A DNA stretch of 64,000 bases from NCBI GenBank assembly GCA_046758445.1, contig JBHIAE010000012.1:1-64000 (forward strand). The letters are read 5' to 3'. The position numbers and the translations under genes are program-made. The notes beneath the pieces were generated by a model that was not told where the DNA came from, did no database searches, and worked only from the letters and a program-made list of their open reading frames with translations. Below are positions 41,074 through 51,732 of the stretch, piece by piece; position 1 is the stretch's first letter, and the number at the start of each line of letters is the position of its first letter. This DNA comes from Candidatus Thorarchaeota archaeon (GTDB lineage: Archaea; Asgardarchaeota; Thorarchaeia; Thorarchaeales; Thorarchaeaceae).

Positions 41074-41637
41074 CTAATCTTGGAGGGACCCGTAGAAGAC
41101 AGCGGCTCTGGTGGATCTCGAGCTATCCGTATCTGAAACTGCCTTCTCATGGTCGGTGAACCCCACTGCGAAAAAGTCTGAGCTGTCCTCGCTTAGGATG
41201 CTCTCTGGGCCCATGCTTCTTAGACGTGCTAGAAAGACAATTGCCTTTCCAAGGACAGTTGCTTCGGGGAGCTGCCGCTGAAACTCCTTCTGATACTTCA
41301 ATGCAATGTCCTCGATGAAGTCTATGCGTTCCCAAAACTCTTGGATTCCATGGAAGAGCTTGAAAGCAACGACCCTGCCTCGTGAGTCTACAAGAATCGC
41401 GCCACAGGTGTTCTGAGGCAAGTCGTCTACAATCTTAGTGCAGGTTTCTCTTCCCTCCCAGGGCATTCTCAAGGACTTCAGGCTCCATTCCAGGAGCCTT
41501 GGGACTATCACTGGGACGACAGCTATCCCCGGCTGACACAATGGTCTACCCAAGCTCAGTCTTGATCCACGCAGAATCTCATCCGCCACCTCTCGGACGC
41601 TCACCTTTCCATTCAACCTCTTCGCGTTTTGACACAT
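41074..41637 (-). CDS. hypothetical protein, weak resemblance to a shortened ARPP-1/DUF6569 domain
   Basis: LGRPLCQPGIAVVPV and CGAILVD..GRVVAFKLF; resemblance only. Confidence 0.5.
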   Translation of the reverse strand: MCQNAKRLNGKVSVREVADEILRGSRLSLGRPLCQPGIAVVPVIVPRLLEWSLKSLRMPWEGRETCTKIVDDLPQNTCGAILVDSRGRVVAFKLFHGIQEFWERIDFIEDIALKYQKEFQRQLPEATVLGKAIVFLARLRSMGPESILSEDSSDFFAVGFTDHEKAVSDTDSSRSTRAAVFYGSLQD

Positions 41638-41867
41638 GTAATACTATTACACAACACATAGTACGAATTTGTATATAAATCGTTCTATTAAAGGAGATTC
41701 AACCTCGATGCGAATTGCTGATTGTTGAAGATACCGTGGAAACGACATGGCGCTTATCAAACGCGTTTTATTCTCCAACATAGTCTGTTTCTGATGCTCT
41801 TTCCGCCGAGACCCAGAGGCGAAATGACATGACCCGGGATGGTTGCAGGTCAAAGGAAAGTCATCTG

Positions 41868-43499
41868 GTGAAGCGTAGAGGGCATAGACTGTGGCTCTGG
41901 AAGCTAGGATTCATTGCCTTTGCGAGCGCTATCTGGCTCTTTCTCAGGACTGGACTCAAACCATCGAGGATTTCCTATCCTTGTCAACAGGCAGCAGTCT
42001 CGAATATTCGTATCTTTCATCTTGCCGCATTTGCATCTATTCCGAGTCTTGGAACTCTGCGATCACGATTCGGAGTGTTAAAGCCGGCGGCCGTGCTCAG
42101 TGTCTTGGTCCTAGGCTCATTCACACTTGCAAATGGAGCAGTCACACTGGACTTCAGTCATCTTTCGGCCGCCAGTGCTGACTACTCTCGAGTTCCTATC
42201 ACACTGACCGCAAACGCTGCTCTTGCCTCAGAAGACCCTTCAGAGGTGTTCTTCGTTCAAAATGCTACGGGACTTGAGGGGAACATGGATGAAGCTGTTT
42301 CAGCGTTGCTAGACTTGATGGAGGCCGAGGGCGTCTACTTCTATAAGAGTGGAAGTCAGACTTCTGGCCTGATAGGAAGCGACGACGTAGTGATTCTCAA
42401 GGTGAACGGTCAATGGCGGGATAGAGGGGGCACCAACACTGACTTGCTAAAGAGCGTCATACAGACTATTGTAAATCATCCAGAAGGCTTCGCAGGTGAA
42501 ATCATTGTTGCAGACAACGGACAAGGACTGGGGAGTCTAAATCGGCCTTGGAGCAACGCATTCATTCACAGTCAGAGTATGCAGGTCGTTGTCGACTCGT
42601 TTACGGCACACAATGTTTCCACAAAGCTCTGGGACAATCTACGTAGTAGAGCAGTCCTAGACTATGACTCAGGCGATTTCAATGATGGGTACGTGCTCAA
42701 CACCACCTGGAACGAAGACACAGAGATTTATGTCAGCTACCCAAAGTTCACAACCCCATATGGGACCTACATCAGCTTCAAGAATGGTGTCTGGGACAAC
42801 GGCACAGGCTTTGACTCAGATAGGCTCAAGGTCATCAACATGCCGGTAATGAAAAGTCACCTAAGATATGGAGTCACCGGGTGCATCAAACATTACATGG
42901 GTGTCCCAAAGGGGCATATTGTGCATTCTGTTTTCTCCTATACTCCACACGAGCACTTCTCCATCGCCCTGGGCGGCATGGGAACAATGATGGCCGAAAC
43001 CAGGTTTCCCGTACTCAACATACTTGATGCAATTTGGGTCAATGCACACCCTGTTGAGAGTTCGGCAGACTGCGGTCCGTGGTCGCCTAGTGAGGATGCC
43101 AGCTTCAGCGACATAATAGGTGCTAGTCAAGACCCCGTTGCATTGGACTATTGGTCCTCGAAGTACATCCTAATCCCCGCCGCAATAGACCTGGGCTACG
43201 TTGGACATTCATCACTTGATCCTGACTTTGCTCCGATGAGCGACCCCTTTGTTTCATATGAGGAAATGGATGAATCATTTCACAACTACCTGAGGAGAGC
43301 AATGAATGTCTTAGTACAACATGGATTCCAAGTAACAATGGACCCGACCGAGATTGAAGTTCATGTGACAAGCCTCTCAGGCAGTCCTACCATTCCTACT
43401 ACAGCACCTGGGCCAGAGTTCCTATTGGTTGTGATCGTGTCGTCATCCGTGGTAGTGATTCTGGTGGCTGCGGTATTCTTCAGAAGAAGACACATGTGA
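41868..43499 (+). CDS. membrane-anchored DUF362-domain protein
   Basis: RTGLKPSRISYPCQ, VILKVN, GGTNTD, INMPVMKSH..GVTGCIKHYMG, DPVALD; C-terminal TM. Confidence 0.8.
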   Translation: MKRRGHRLWLWKLGFIAFASAIWLFLRTGLKPSRISYPCQQAAVSNIRIFHLAAFASIPSLGTLRSRFGVLKPAAVLSVLVLGSFTLANGAVTLDFSHLSAASADYSRVPITLTANAALASEDPSEVFFVQNATGLEGNMDEAVSALLDLMEAEGVYFYKSGSQTSGLIGSDDVVILKVNGQWRDRGGTNTDLLKSVIQTIVNHPEGFAGEIIVADNGQGLGSLNRPWSNAFIHSQSMQVVVDSFTAHNVSTKLWDNLRSRAVLDYDSGDFNDGYVLNTTWNEDTEIYVSYPKFTTPYGTYISFKNGVWDNGTGFDSDRLKVINMPVMKSHLRYGVTGCIKHYMGVPKGHIVHSVFSYTPHEHFSIALGGMGTMMAETRFPVLNILDAIWVNAHPVESSADCGPWSPSEDASFSDIIGASQDPVALDYWSSKYILIPAAIDLGYVGHSSLDPDFAPMSDPFVSYEEMDESFHNYLRRAMNVLVQHGFQVTMDPTEIEVHVTSLSGSPTIPTTAPGPEFLLVVIVSSSVVVILVAAVFFRRRHM

Positions 43500-43672
43500 A
43501 GGGCTTTCCAAGATTATGCCTGGGTCTGTCGCTCCCTGGACTTACTCTCTTCAAGACGCTATACAGCGCATTTGTCAAAAGGCATGTGAGAGGTCTGCGA
43601 AATGATGCTTTCTAGGAACGCTAACATGGAAAATGGCGGTTAGAGCGACTATTCGACCAAGAAACACTGACT

Positions 43673-44080
43673 GTGACAACCCATGAAAACCCGGAGAGTC
43701 CGAAACTGAAACTCCTAAGGCGGGAGTTGGACGGCGGCAATACGGATGCGCTCGAAACCTTCTGGCAGGAGGTCGCCTCCCAGGTTACGCCTTTGATCGA
43801 GCCTGTTGAAGGTGACGATACTCACAGCCTTGTGACGTTCCTCTGGCGGGCTGAGCGTGAACTCGACGGTGTCGCAGTGATTGGTCTGCTGACCGAGTCC
43901 TTTGAGGTGATGCTCGGATCGACCTCGCCAACTGCCACTACCACTACAACGACTCCGATATTCGACCCAGACATTCTCAGTCTTGTTGTTCTTGTACTCA
44001 CGGTGGGCTTCATGGTAATCGTGATCCTTGTGATTGTGAACTACATGAGGCAGCGCACTCAACGTCGTTATCAGTTCTGA
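43673..44080 (+). CDS. chimera: enterochelin-esterase N-terminal fragment plus Thr-rich linker and TM anchor
   Basis: SPKL..LRREL..GN...LETFWQE...TPLIEP...SLVTFLWR, then PTATTTTTTP plus TM; no esterase domain. Confidence 0.6.
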   Translation: MTTHENPESPKLKLLRRELDGGNTDALETFWQEVASQVTPLIEPVEGDDTHSLVTFLWRAERELDGVAVIGLLTESFEVMLGSTSPTATTTTTTPIFDPDILSLVVLVLTVGFMVIVILVIVNYMRQRTQRRYQF

Positions 44081-44171
44081 ATTAGTTGATCCAATCGCGC
44101 TGTTAGAAGGATTGAAAAGTTAGACGCATCTAAACAATACATGTGTCCGACTGCCACTGTGGGGTGGTCTA

Positions 44172-44684
44172 ATGTCTCTAGTCTACAGCATCCTTGTTCA
44201 TGGGACTATCTTTGCCGTTGTTCTTACTCTGTTCCTGCTGGCCATCATGGTGTCGTTGAGTCCGCGGGTCTGGGGGTTCAGTGATTACCCAAAGGAGATT
44301 ACTGATGCGGTTCCTTCTCAGACCGTGAGAGAACGACGGATTGGTGCCATTATCGTAATCCCCTTCCTTCTACTTTCTCTTGGCTTTCCTATTGCTTCAA
44401 CTCTGATGCTGGAAACCACATATGTTGATGCAATTCCTCTCCTAGACGCGTTTCTCAATGCTTTCGGAATAATGATGTTCGGCAACTTCGCTGACCTGGT
44501 GATTCTCGACTGGCTAGTCGTCGGGACAATCACTCCAGATTTCGTGATAATACCTGGAACTGAACACATGAGAGATAGGGAGTATAAGGACTTCAGACTC
44601 TACCATGCAAAGGGACACGTCTGGGGGACCTTTGGGATGGCAGTAGTAAGCCTCGTGATTGCCGCCTTCGTTGTACTGTTCTAA
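44172..44684 (+). CDS. 4-TM hypothetical membrane protein
   Basis: DYPKEI, DLVILDWL....TPDFVIIPGTE. Confidence 0.75.
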   Translation: MSLVYSILVHGTIFAVVLTLFLLAIMVSLSPRVWGFSDYPKEITDAVPSQTVRERRIGAIIVIPFLLLSLGFPIASTLMLETTYVDAIPLLDAFLNAFGIMMFGNFADLVILDWLVVGTITPDFVIIPGTEHMRDREYKDFRLYHAKGHVWGTFGMAVVSLVIAAFVVLF

Positions 44685-44714
44685 CACTGCGCCATCGACA
44701 TGATCCCATGGATT

Positions 44715-45650
44715 CTATCCTTTCTCGAAGGGAACGCACAGAGCTGAAGGTGCGCCTATTATCCGTTTCACTCTCGACACATTCAGGAGAATGCCCCACA
44801 TCACAAGGAACAGGATTGTGGTCACGGATGGCAGCATATTCAGGAATGCAGGAGGAACTCCCAGCGGCTGAAACGTGAATTGGAGAACTTCAAAGGCTCC
44901 AAATATGTAGGCACCGAAGAAGACACCAACAGGATGCCACAATCCAACTACAGCTAACGCGATGACAATCCAGCCTTTCGCTGCAGTCATTCCCTCAGTC
45001 CACAAGGGAATCCATCCCAGTGTCAAGTACGCGCCGCCTAGGCCACACATCATACCACCGAATATCACACAGAGGTATCTTACTCGAGTAACATCTATGC
45101 CTTGAGTGTATGCTGCCATTGGATTCTCACCAACGGACCGCACTATGATCCCGTACCGCGTTTTGAACAAGAAGAACCATAGAATTGGAATCATAATGAA
45201 TGAAACATAAACCAGGATATTCTTGCTGAAGAAGACGGGTCCAAAGAAAGGAATGGCACTTAGACCTGGAATCTCAATGGTCTGAAGGGGAACTATCTGC
45301 AGACCTGCCATGCCGAGCCCTAGCAACCCACTCAGTCCAGTTCCAAAGATCGTTAGTGAGATCCCTGAAACCACTTGGTTGCGATTAAAAGTTATGGTGA
45401 CGATAGCATGTATCAGAGCCAACGCTCCTCCTATCACCATACCTGCTATCAAACCGAGCCAGACACTACCTGTGGCGTACGTTGCAGCAAATGACCCTGC
45501 AGCACCGGAGATCATCATACCCTCAACTCCAAGATTGAGGACTCCAGATCTTTCTGCGATGATTTCGCCTAGTGTTGGGAGTAGAAAGAAAGTAGCGGCA
45601 ACGACAATTGAAGACGCCATCGGTTCAAGACTCAAGACACGGCCCTCCAT
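44715..45650 (-). CDS. nucleoside ABC transporter permease (NupC-like)
   Basis: GEIIAERSGVLNLGVEGMM, VGENP, KGWIVIAL. Confidence 0.9.
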   Translation of the reverse strand: MEGRVLSLEPMASSIVVAATFFLLPTLGEIIAERSGVLNLGVEGMMISGAAGSFAATYATGSVWLGLIAGMVIGGALALIHAIVTITFNRNQVVSGISLTIFGTGLSGLLGLGMAGLQIVPLQTIEIPGLSAIPFFGPVFFSKNILVYVSFIMIPILWFFLFKTRYGIIVRSVGENPMAAYTQGIDVTRVRYLCVIFGGMMCGLGGAYLTLGWIPLWTEGMTAAKGWIVIALAVVGLWHPVGVFFGAYIFGAFEVLQFTFQPLGVPPAFLNMLPSVTTILFLVMWGILLNVSRVKRIIGAPSALCVPFEKG

Positions 45651-46744
45651 TCAATCTTGTTTCTTATGAAGAACTCAGCTAGGAGCACGAAGAATAGTAT
45701 TGCACCATTGAAGAGGTCAACAACTGAAACAGGCAATCCTGCTGCCTGAATTCTAACTCCTCCCGCCAACAGACCGGCGAAGAAGAGAGAGCTAACGAGT
45801 ACCCCTATAGGATTTAGCCCACCCAGCCAAGCTACCGCAATACCTGTGAATCCCAAGAATCTAGACAATTCAGGACGTAGTCTGTAGAAATTCGGGTTGC
45901 CAGCAACCTCACCTACTCCAGCAAGGCCTGCAAGACCGCCTGAGATCAATACGGTGATGATCGCGACCTTTAGGAAGCTCATCCCTGCGGCTTCTCCTGC
46001 CTCCGGATTCTCACCTAAGACATTGATTTCATAGCCTAGCTTTGCTTCTGGGATTCCTTCGCGCGTACGAAATAGGTAGTAATAGATCAGAAATGTGGCT
46101 GCAAGTCCAAGGAATACTGTGAAGTGTATTCGCGTCCCGGGGAAAGAGAAGATCTGTGCAGGCTCAGGGAAGAGCGGAGATTGAGGAAAGCCCCAGCCAG
46201 CTGGATCTCTCCAAGGGCCTGTGATGAGGTAATCTATCAGGAATTTAGCAGGGAAGAAGAGCAGGAAGCTGATGACCACATCTGACCCTTTGAACTGGCT
46301 CTTGACTCTGAAAAGAGCAATCGGAAGAGCCCAGACTGCCCCAGCGATGAATCCCACCAAGAACATGATTGGTACAATCACCCACGGGCTAGCACCCTCT
46401 CCGTAGAAGAGTGCAATGCCAGCTGCCGCAATCGCTCCAATGAGGAACTGGCCTTCAGCACCGATGTTGTCAATTCTAGCCTTGAAAGGCACTGCAAGGC
46501 CGATGGCAATGCACAGAAGAGGGATAAAACGAGAGAGAGTTGCTAGGAGCCCAAATCCAGTGAAGAAGGAATACTGGAATATGTTGAAATAGAGCAGAAG
46601 CGGGTTTTGGCCATAGGCAAGAACAATGAGCGCTACCGCGCCCAGACCCATGAGAAGCGAAACCGCCCTGACCTGCATTGATTCTTGAAGAGTGAGTTTC
46701 TTGGACCTCTTTCTGAGGACAATCTCGTATCCTCCTAGCTTCAC
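45632..46744 (-). CDS. nucleoside ABC transporter permease (NupB-like)
   Basis: NIGAEGQF, ISGGLAGLAG, GIAVAWLG.LNP. Confidence 0.9.
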   Translation of the reverse strand: MKLGGYEIVLRKRSKKLTLQESMQVRAVSLLMGLGAVALIVLAYGQNPLLLYFNIFQYSFFTGFGLLATLSRFIPLLCIAIGLAVPFKARIDNIGAEGQFLIGAIAAAGIALFYGEGASPWVIVPIMFLVGFIAGAVWALPIALFRVKSQFKGSDVVISFLLFFPAKFLIDYLITGPWRDPAGWGFPQSPLFPEPAQIFSFPGTRIHFTVFLGLAATFLIYYYLFRTREGIPEAKLGYEINVLGENPEAGEAAGMSFLKVAIITVLISGGLAGLAGVGEVAGNPNFYRLRPELSRFLGFTGIAVAWLGGLNPIGVLVSSLFFAGLLAGGVRIQAAGLPVSVVDLFNGAILFFVLLAEFFIRNKIEWRAVS

Positions 46745-48318
46745 TCTTTCTTCACCCCTTCTTCGGCAGTTTCAGGCACGACTCCACCCATCATGAGTCC
46801 TATGTCCTCTCGAATGGTTTCCTCTATTCTGACTCTTCCGATTATCTTGCCCTTGTAGATAACAGCAACCTCATCACTGAGTGTCATTATCTCAGTAAGA
46901 TCGCTTGAAACCAGGAGTACTGCTGCACCGGACTCCCGTACATTAAGCAATTCTTCTCGCACAAACTGAGTGGTCGCTACATCAAGGCCCGAGGTGGGGT
47001 TCTCGGCTATCAGGAGCAATCCTGCTCCTTGAGGAGGTTTCCGAGAGAGTTCTCTCGCTACGACGACCTTCTGTTTGTTTCCACCAGACAAACTCCTCAT
47101 GGGTGTAAGTGGACCGGGAGTATCAATCGCATAGCGTTCTATTAGCTTGTCAGTCAACTCAACAATTGCTTCTCGGTCTATGAAGGGCCCCTTCGATTCT
47201 GTGTAGTAACTTATCATCAGGTTCTCTCGTACTGATAGGTCGAGAACCATGGCTTTCTTTCTGTTCTCCGGAATATAGGAAACTCCCATCTCACGAATCA
47301 TGGCGACGGGTTTGTTGGTGATGTCTGTTCCATGCAGGCTCACCTTTCCTGACCTTACGCCACGCCAATGGACTATGGCCTCCAACAGTTCTCGCTGACC
47401 ATTACCTGCAATTCCTGCAAGCCCAAGGATTTGATTCTCCCGCACTTCAAGGGAAACGTTGGTAACAACTTGATCCCCCATATCATTGTCTACTGAGAGT
47501 GCCTCAATATCGAGTACAGCAGGGCCTTCACTCATGGTCTTTCTTTTGAGATCATACAGCGCGTCCTTTCCGACCATAAGTCTAGCTAGCTCTCGTTTTC
47601 CTTTCTTTGGCGATTTCTTAAGTTCCTTGACCTTCTCCTCATCAAGTGTACGCACAACCTGTCCATTCCTTAGCACGGTTATGCGATCACTGATTTGGAT
47701 TGCTTCTTCTAGATGGTGCGTTATGATGACAATACTCTTGCCTTCAGATTTGAGGGATTCCAAGAGTGCGAAAAGGTTCTCGACTTCGGGAGGAGTCAAC
47801 ATTGAAGTTGGCTCATCAAGGACGAGAATCCTCGGATCTATTATCAGAGCTTTAAGAATCTCTACACGCTGTTTCTCGCCACCAGAGAGCTTCCATACCT
47901 TCATTCGTGGATCCAATTCGCCCAGGCCAAATCTTGTGAGCGCGCTCTTCACAGTTTCCTCAACAGTCTTGATAGATAGCAGGAAACCCTTAGACAGGCT
48001 TAGGATATTCTCTGCTACGGAATGCCGTTCAACAAGTGATCTTGTCAAGTCTTGATACGCAATTCCAATTCCATGTTCCATTGCATCTCGGGGTGTCTTG
48101 AGCTCAAGGCTTTCTCCTGCTACGAGGACGACGCCACTATCGGGCTCTCGACACAGATTCATGACGAGAGTGCTTTTGCCAGCTCCATTCTCGCCCAAGA
48201 GTGCATGAATCTCGCCTTTCTTCAATGTGAAGTTGACATGGTCATTTGCGCGTATCTCGACTTCACCCTCACCATAGTAGGTCTTGCACACGTCCCGCAT
48301 CTCAAGGACTGTTTCCAT
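46741..48318 (-). CDS. nucleoside ABC transporter ATPase (NupA-like, double NBD)
   Basis: GEIHALLGENGAGKST, LDEPT, LSGGNKQKVVVAREL. Confidence 0.92.
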   Translation of the reverse strand: METVLEMRDVCKTYYGEGEVEIRANDHVNFTLKKGEIHALLGENGAGKSTLVMNLCREPDSGVVLVAGESLELKTPRDAMEHGIGIAYQDLTRSLVERHSVAENILSLSKGFLLSIKTVEETVKSALTRFGLGELDPRMKVWKLSGGEKQRVEILKALIIDPRILVLDEPTSMLTPPEVENLFALLESLKSEGKSIVIITHHLEEAIQISDRITVLRNGQVVRTLDEEKVKELKKSPKKGKRELARLMVGKDALYDLKRKTMSEGPAVLDIEALSVDNDMGDQVVTNVSLEVRENQILGLAGIAGNGQRELLEAIVHWRGVRSGKVSLHGTDITNKPVAMIREMGVSYIPENRKKAMVLDLSVRENLMISYYTESKGPFIDREAIVELTDKLIERYAIDTPGPLTPMRSLSGGNKQKVVVARELSRKPPQGAGLLLIAENPTSGLDVATTQFVREELLNVRESGAAVLLVSSDLTEIMTLSDEVAVIYKGKIIGRVRIEETIREDIGLMMGGVVPETAEEGVKKE

Positions 48319-48375
48319 AGTACATACTCTCGACAGATTTTCGGTGGAAAACCTGCCTATATTTCAATTGTCACA

Positions 48376-48411
48376 AGAAAAAAGGGTGAGGAGGGGATTT
48401 AGAATCCCCTC
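48376..48411 (-). terminator. hairpin plus U-tract between BMP and ATPase genes
   Basis: GAGGGGATT/AATCCCCTC stem; T-run on the minus strand. Confidence 0.65.
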
Positions 48412-48429
48412 ATAAGGATGGCTTGGTTT

Positions 48430-49629
48430 CTAAGGGACGGATCCAATAACCCCTTCAACAAACCAAGTCATACCGAGTAACGTGTAGATGTCAGCTGACT
48501 CTCCCGCTGCTAGCCACTGTGTTCCGTTCTTGAAGTTCATTGGTCCAGTGAATGGCTCGTAGATGATGTTTGCCATGCTCATCTGAGAAAGCCTGGTCAT
48601 CACAAGATCGTAGACACTTATCGTTCCAAGAACAGGATCAACATGGTTGATTGCCTGAAGCTGAGGAATGAAAATCGGGTTTATTGGGACATTGAATTGC
48701 CCACCGAGCTCAACCGCATTTTCTTGCAGTAACCACAAGTAGTCAACATCTTCGAGGTTGGTGTTGTTGTATTGTCCAAGGTACACCTTTTGAATTATGT
48801 CCTCGTACATGATTTCCCAGTGTACTAGCTGTCCACTGATAGTGCTTGTTGGCGCGAATGGCTGCATGGGTGAATAGTGACTGAAGACATAGACGCTGTC
48901 GTTTCCGTGTGCAACAAGGGGTACCGCTGAAGAGTCCTCAGTGAATGCCAACATATCAACTCCCGTTCCAAGGAGATCGTTGGCTGCATTCGTGGCAGTA
49001 GTAGGGTCAAACCACGCTGTATTCATCCACCTAACATCAGTTGTCACTGATGCATTGATCTCATTTGCGCCAATGGCAAAAGCATTGATGTGTCTGATGA
49101 GTTCAGGAATCGGAAACGCTGCAACATATCCGAGTTTTCCGGACATCGTCAGCGCTCCGGCCATCAACCCATTGAGGTAGTACAGCTGATAGAAATCAGC
49201 AAAGTAAGTACCTACATTGGGAGATCTCAGAAATCCTGAGCAGTGGAAGAATATCTTGTCAGGATGCCGTGCACCAGCTGCAATTGTTGCATCCATATAC
49301 GGGAAGGACGTGGTGAATACTACGTCGCATCCTTCAACATTGATGAGATAGTCTATCTGCTCTCCTGCATCCGCAGGATCAACCGACTCAATATACGTTG
49401 TATTCAGCCAGTCGTATTTGTTGTCTATGTATAACCTTCCTTGGTTATGTGCATGAGTCCATCCAAAGTCCCCAATCGGTCCTACGTAAATGAAACCAGC
49501 TTTCAGTTTTGGCATTTCCGGGGGAGGTTCAGGGGGTGGCATACCTACCCAGAACCAGCCGACACTGAATCCAACGCCAGCTCCAACAATAATACCGATA
49601 AGGACTATGGCCATAGTTCTGCTATCCAT
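48430..49629 (-). CDS. BMP-family substrate-binding protein with N-terminal TM anchor
   Basis: KAGFIYVGPIGDFGWTHAHNQGR, LGYVAAFPIPE.IRHINAF; start re-called. Confidence 0.92.
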   Translation of the reverse strand: MDSRTMAIVLIGIIVGAGVGFSVGWFWVGMPPPEPPPEMPKLKAGFIYVGPIGDFGWTHAHNQGRLYIDNKYDWLNTTYIESVDPADAGEQIDYLINVEGCDVVFTTSFPYMDATIAAGARHPDKIFFHCSGFLRSPNVGTYFADFYQLYYLNGLMAGALTMSGKLGYVAAFPIPELIRHINAFAIGANEINASVTTDVRWMNTAWFDPTTATNAANDLLGTGVDMLAFTEDSSAVPLVAHGNDSVYVFSHYSPMQPFAPTSTISGQLVHWEIMYEDIIQKVYLGQYNNTNLEDVDYLWLLQENAVELGGQFNVPINPIFIPQLQAINHVDPVLGTISVYDLVMTRLSQMSMANIIYEPFTGPMNFKNGTQWLAAGESADIYTLLGMTWFVEGVIGSVP

Positions 49630-49792
49630 AATCTTTCTCGCTCCTTCACGCATAGTGCTTCTCAACACTAAGGCGGCCTTTTTGAAGACCCTTACACTAC
49701 TTGCTTGTCCCACCATAAATATCTGTTCGCCAACCTCGAGGATCCGATATACTGGGTAATCGTTAAATCGAGATCGAGCCGAACTTGAGATT

Positions 49793-50563
49793 ATGAATGA
49801 AACGTTACGAGTTCTTGACAACCGAAAATCCCTGAGAGGTTATGACCCTCAACCAATCAGTCCGAAGGACAAAGACTGGATTCTCCACAGTGCCTTCCGT
49901 GCTCCCACTGCCGGCAATATGATGCATTACTCAATAGTCGAGGTCACGGACCAAGAGATGAAGGACCGGCTGGTGGAAACATGTGATAACCAGCCCTTCA
50001 TCGCAAAGGCACATCTAGTTCTTCTATTCCTTGCAGACATGCAGAGATGGTATGACTTCTTCGAATACTCTGATGTCCCAGGATTGTGCAAGGCGCATCA
50101 GACCGAATACGTCACTCCTCAAGAGTCAGACCTGTTGCTTGCGTCTTGTGATGCCCTAATCGCTGCGCAAAATGCTGTGATTGCCGCGGAGTCGTTGGGG
50201 ATAGGATCGTGCTACATTGGGGATATAATGGAGAATATAGAAATCCACAGGGAGATGTTTGACTTGCCTAAGTGAGTCTTTCCGATTGCTCTACTCTGCT
50301 TCGGATATCCTATGCCAGATAGACCTGCACGGGAAAAGACTCTTCGATTCCCACAGCACTTCGTCTACTTCCAAGACAAATACTCGCATGTTGATGGCAA
50401 AGAGTTCGAAACGATACTCGAAGACCACTTTGGCAAACGCAGTCTTCACAGAGATGCTCAGAACATCGGACAGAGCATCTATCTGCGGAAGACAGGGTCT
50501 GACTTTGCTGCAGAAATGCGTCGTTCTGTCAAGGTCGCCATAAGAGATTGGACCGAAGCATAG
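49793..50563 (+). pseudogene. NfsA-like nitroreductase split by in-frame TGA
   Basis: RKSLRGY, APTAGN, AAESLGIGSCYIG, LPK*VFPIALLCFGYP; TGA at 50273-50275 in frame with 50312..50563. Confidence 0.85.
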
Positions 50564-50693
50564 ACACTTGCTCTCACGTTATCGTTCTTCGGTGAACAGA
50601 TGAGGCGTCTCCTTCTGGTGGAGATGGAATAGTTAGTACGTAATTCCTTCTGAGTGAATGCTCAATCCATTTTCATGGCGTCGCTGCCTTGTC

Positions 50694-51050
50694 TTAGAAG
50701 ATTATGTCCTTGCTCATCTTGACCTTTCCATTCTCGGTCGGGACGTCTTCGCTTTCTACGAGCTTCCTTCTGTCATCTGCCCTCTTTTTGTTGCCTCCAA
50801 ACCGACCATCCGCAGTGACAACTCTATGGCATGGTACCACAAGATGTAATGGGTTCTTGTGCAGAGCATTAGCAACTGCACGGTATGCCTTCGGTCTACC
50901 TATCTTCTCTGCAATCCTTCCGTAGGTGCTTACCATTCCCTCTGGAATCATGAAAGTGGCCAAGTAGACATCTCTCTCAAAGTCACTCCACCCAGCAAGG
51001 AATCGACTTACATCTTCTTCCGTCTTGATCTGAGCTATATCCATGGTCAT
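50694..51050 (-). CDS. O6-alkylguanine-DNA alkyltransferase (MGMT family, single domain)
   Basis: IPEGMVSTYG.IA....RAVA.AL.KNP...VPCHRVV. Confidence 0.9.
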   Translation of the reverse strand: MTMDIAQIKTEEDVSRFLAGWSDFERDVYLATFMIPEGMVSTYGRIAEKIGRPKAYRAVANALHKNPLHLVVPCHRVVTADGRFGGNKKRADDRRKLVESEDVPTENGKVKMSKDIIF

Positions 51051-51204
51051 CGAATCATCGCTAGCCCTAATAACTGATAGGAACTACGCTCGTTAAATCC
51101 GAGTGACGAGAGGGTTTGAACACCCCTGAATCAGGAACTGCTTACTACGGTTTCTTCTCTTGGAAACGGAATGGGTTGCCTTACGGCCAATCAACTCCAC
51201 TTTT

Positions 51205-51255
51205 TCTGGAAAAATGAGGTAGGAACGGAGTGCGAAGTACACTCACGCTCCCTTT
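51205..51255 (-). terminator. hairpin plus U-tract after the DUF2769 gene
   Basis: minus strand GGAGCGTGAGTG...CACTCCGTTCC then TTTTT. Confidence 0.55.
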
Positions 51256-51540
51256 CTACATCATGCCTCTTTGTTGTCCTTCTGAGCCGCGTGTGCAAAA
51301 GTAGAGATGTGTAAGTCCCATCTTTGGAGTCACGGGACAACCACCACACGTACACCCCTTCTCCTCGGTAATAACCTTACTCTTGCCGCTTGAACAGAAG
51401 AGAAGTTCAGTTTCCCCAGTACCTGTGTAGCTTGGGCAGCTTGCACAGATACACATCTTCTTGTTCTCGGCCATCATTGCCATGCGCTGCTCCTCAGGCA
51501 TTTGCATGGCCTTCTTCATCAGTTCTTCGAACTTGTCCAT
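51256..51540 (-). CDS. DUF2769-family Cys-rich protein
   Basis: CICASCPSY..LFC..GKS..GCTCGGCPV...YFC; GGAGG RBS. Confidence 0.85.
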   Translation of the reverse strand: MDKFEELMKKAMQMPEEQRMAMMAENKKMCICASCPSYTGTGETELLFCSSGKSKVITEEKGCTCGGCPVTPKMGLTHLYFCTRGSEGQQRGMM

Positions 51541-51732
51541 TGCAGAACCTCCAAACCGGAAGTGCTTCAGTGTAGCGAAGAGTCGGCTAAAACTGGTTCG
51601 GTATGGTCGGAAATCTCGACTTTGGAGGAACAAGGTCACGCCTAGGTGAGTTCTCTCATAACAGAGGCTCATCTCACCCGTCCTGAAGGCATCTTCATAC
51701 ATGAATATACGTGCCGAAACCAGCACGAAGGT

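Noticed and set aside
51100-51205. tRNA-like or riboswitch element (GGGTTTGAACACCCC)
   Set aside because: I could not build a cloverleaf or match a known aptamer consensus; a 33-aa TTG ORF there also lacks support.
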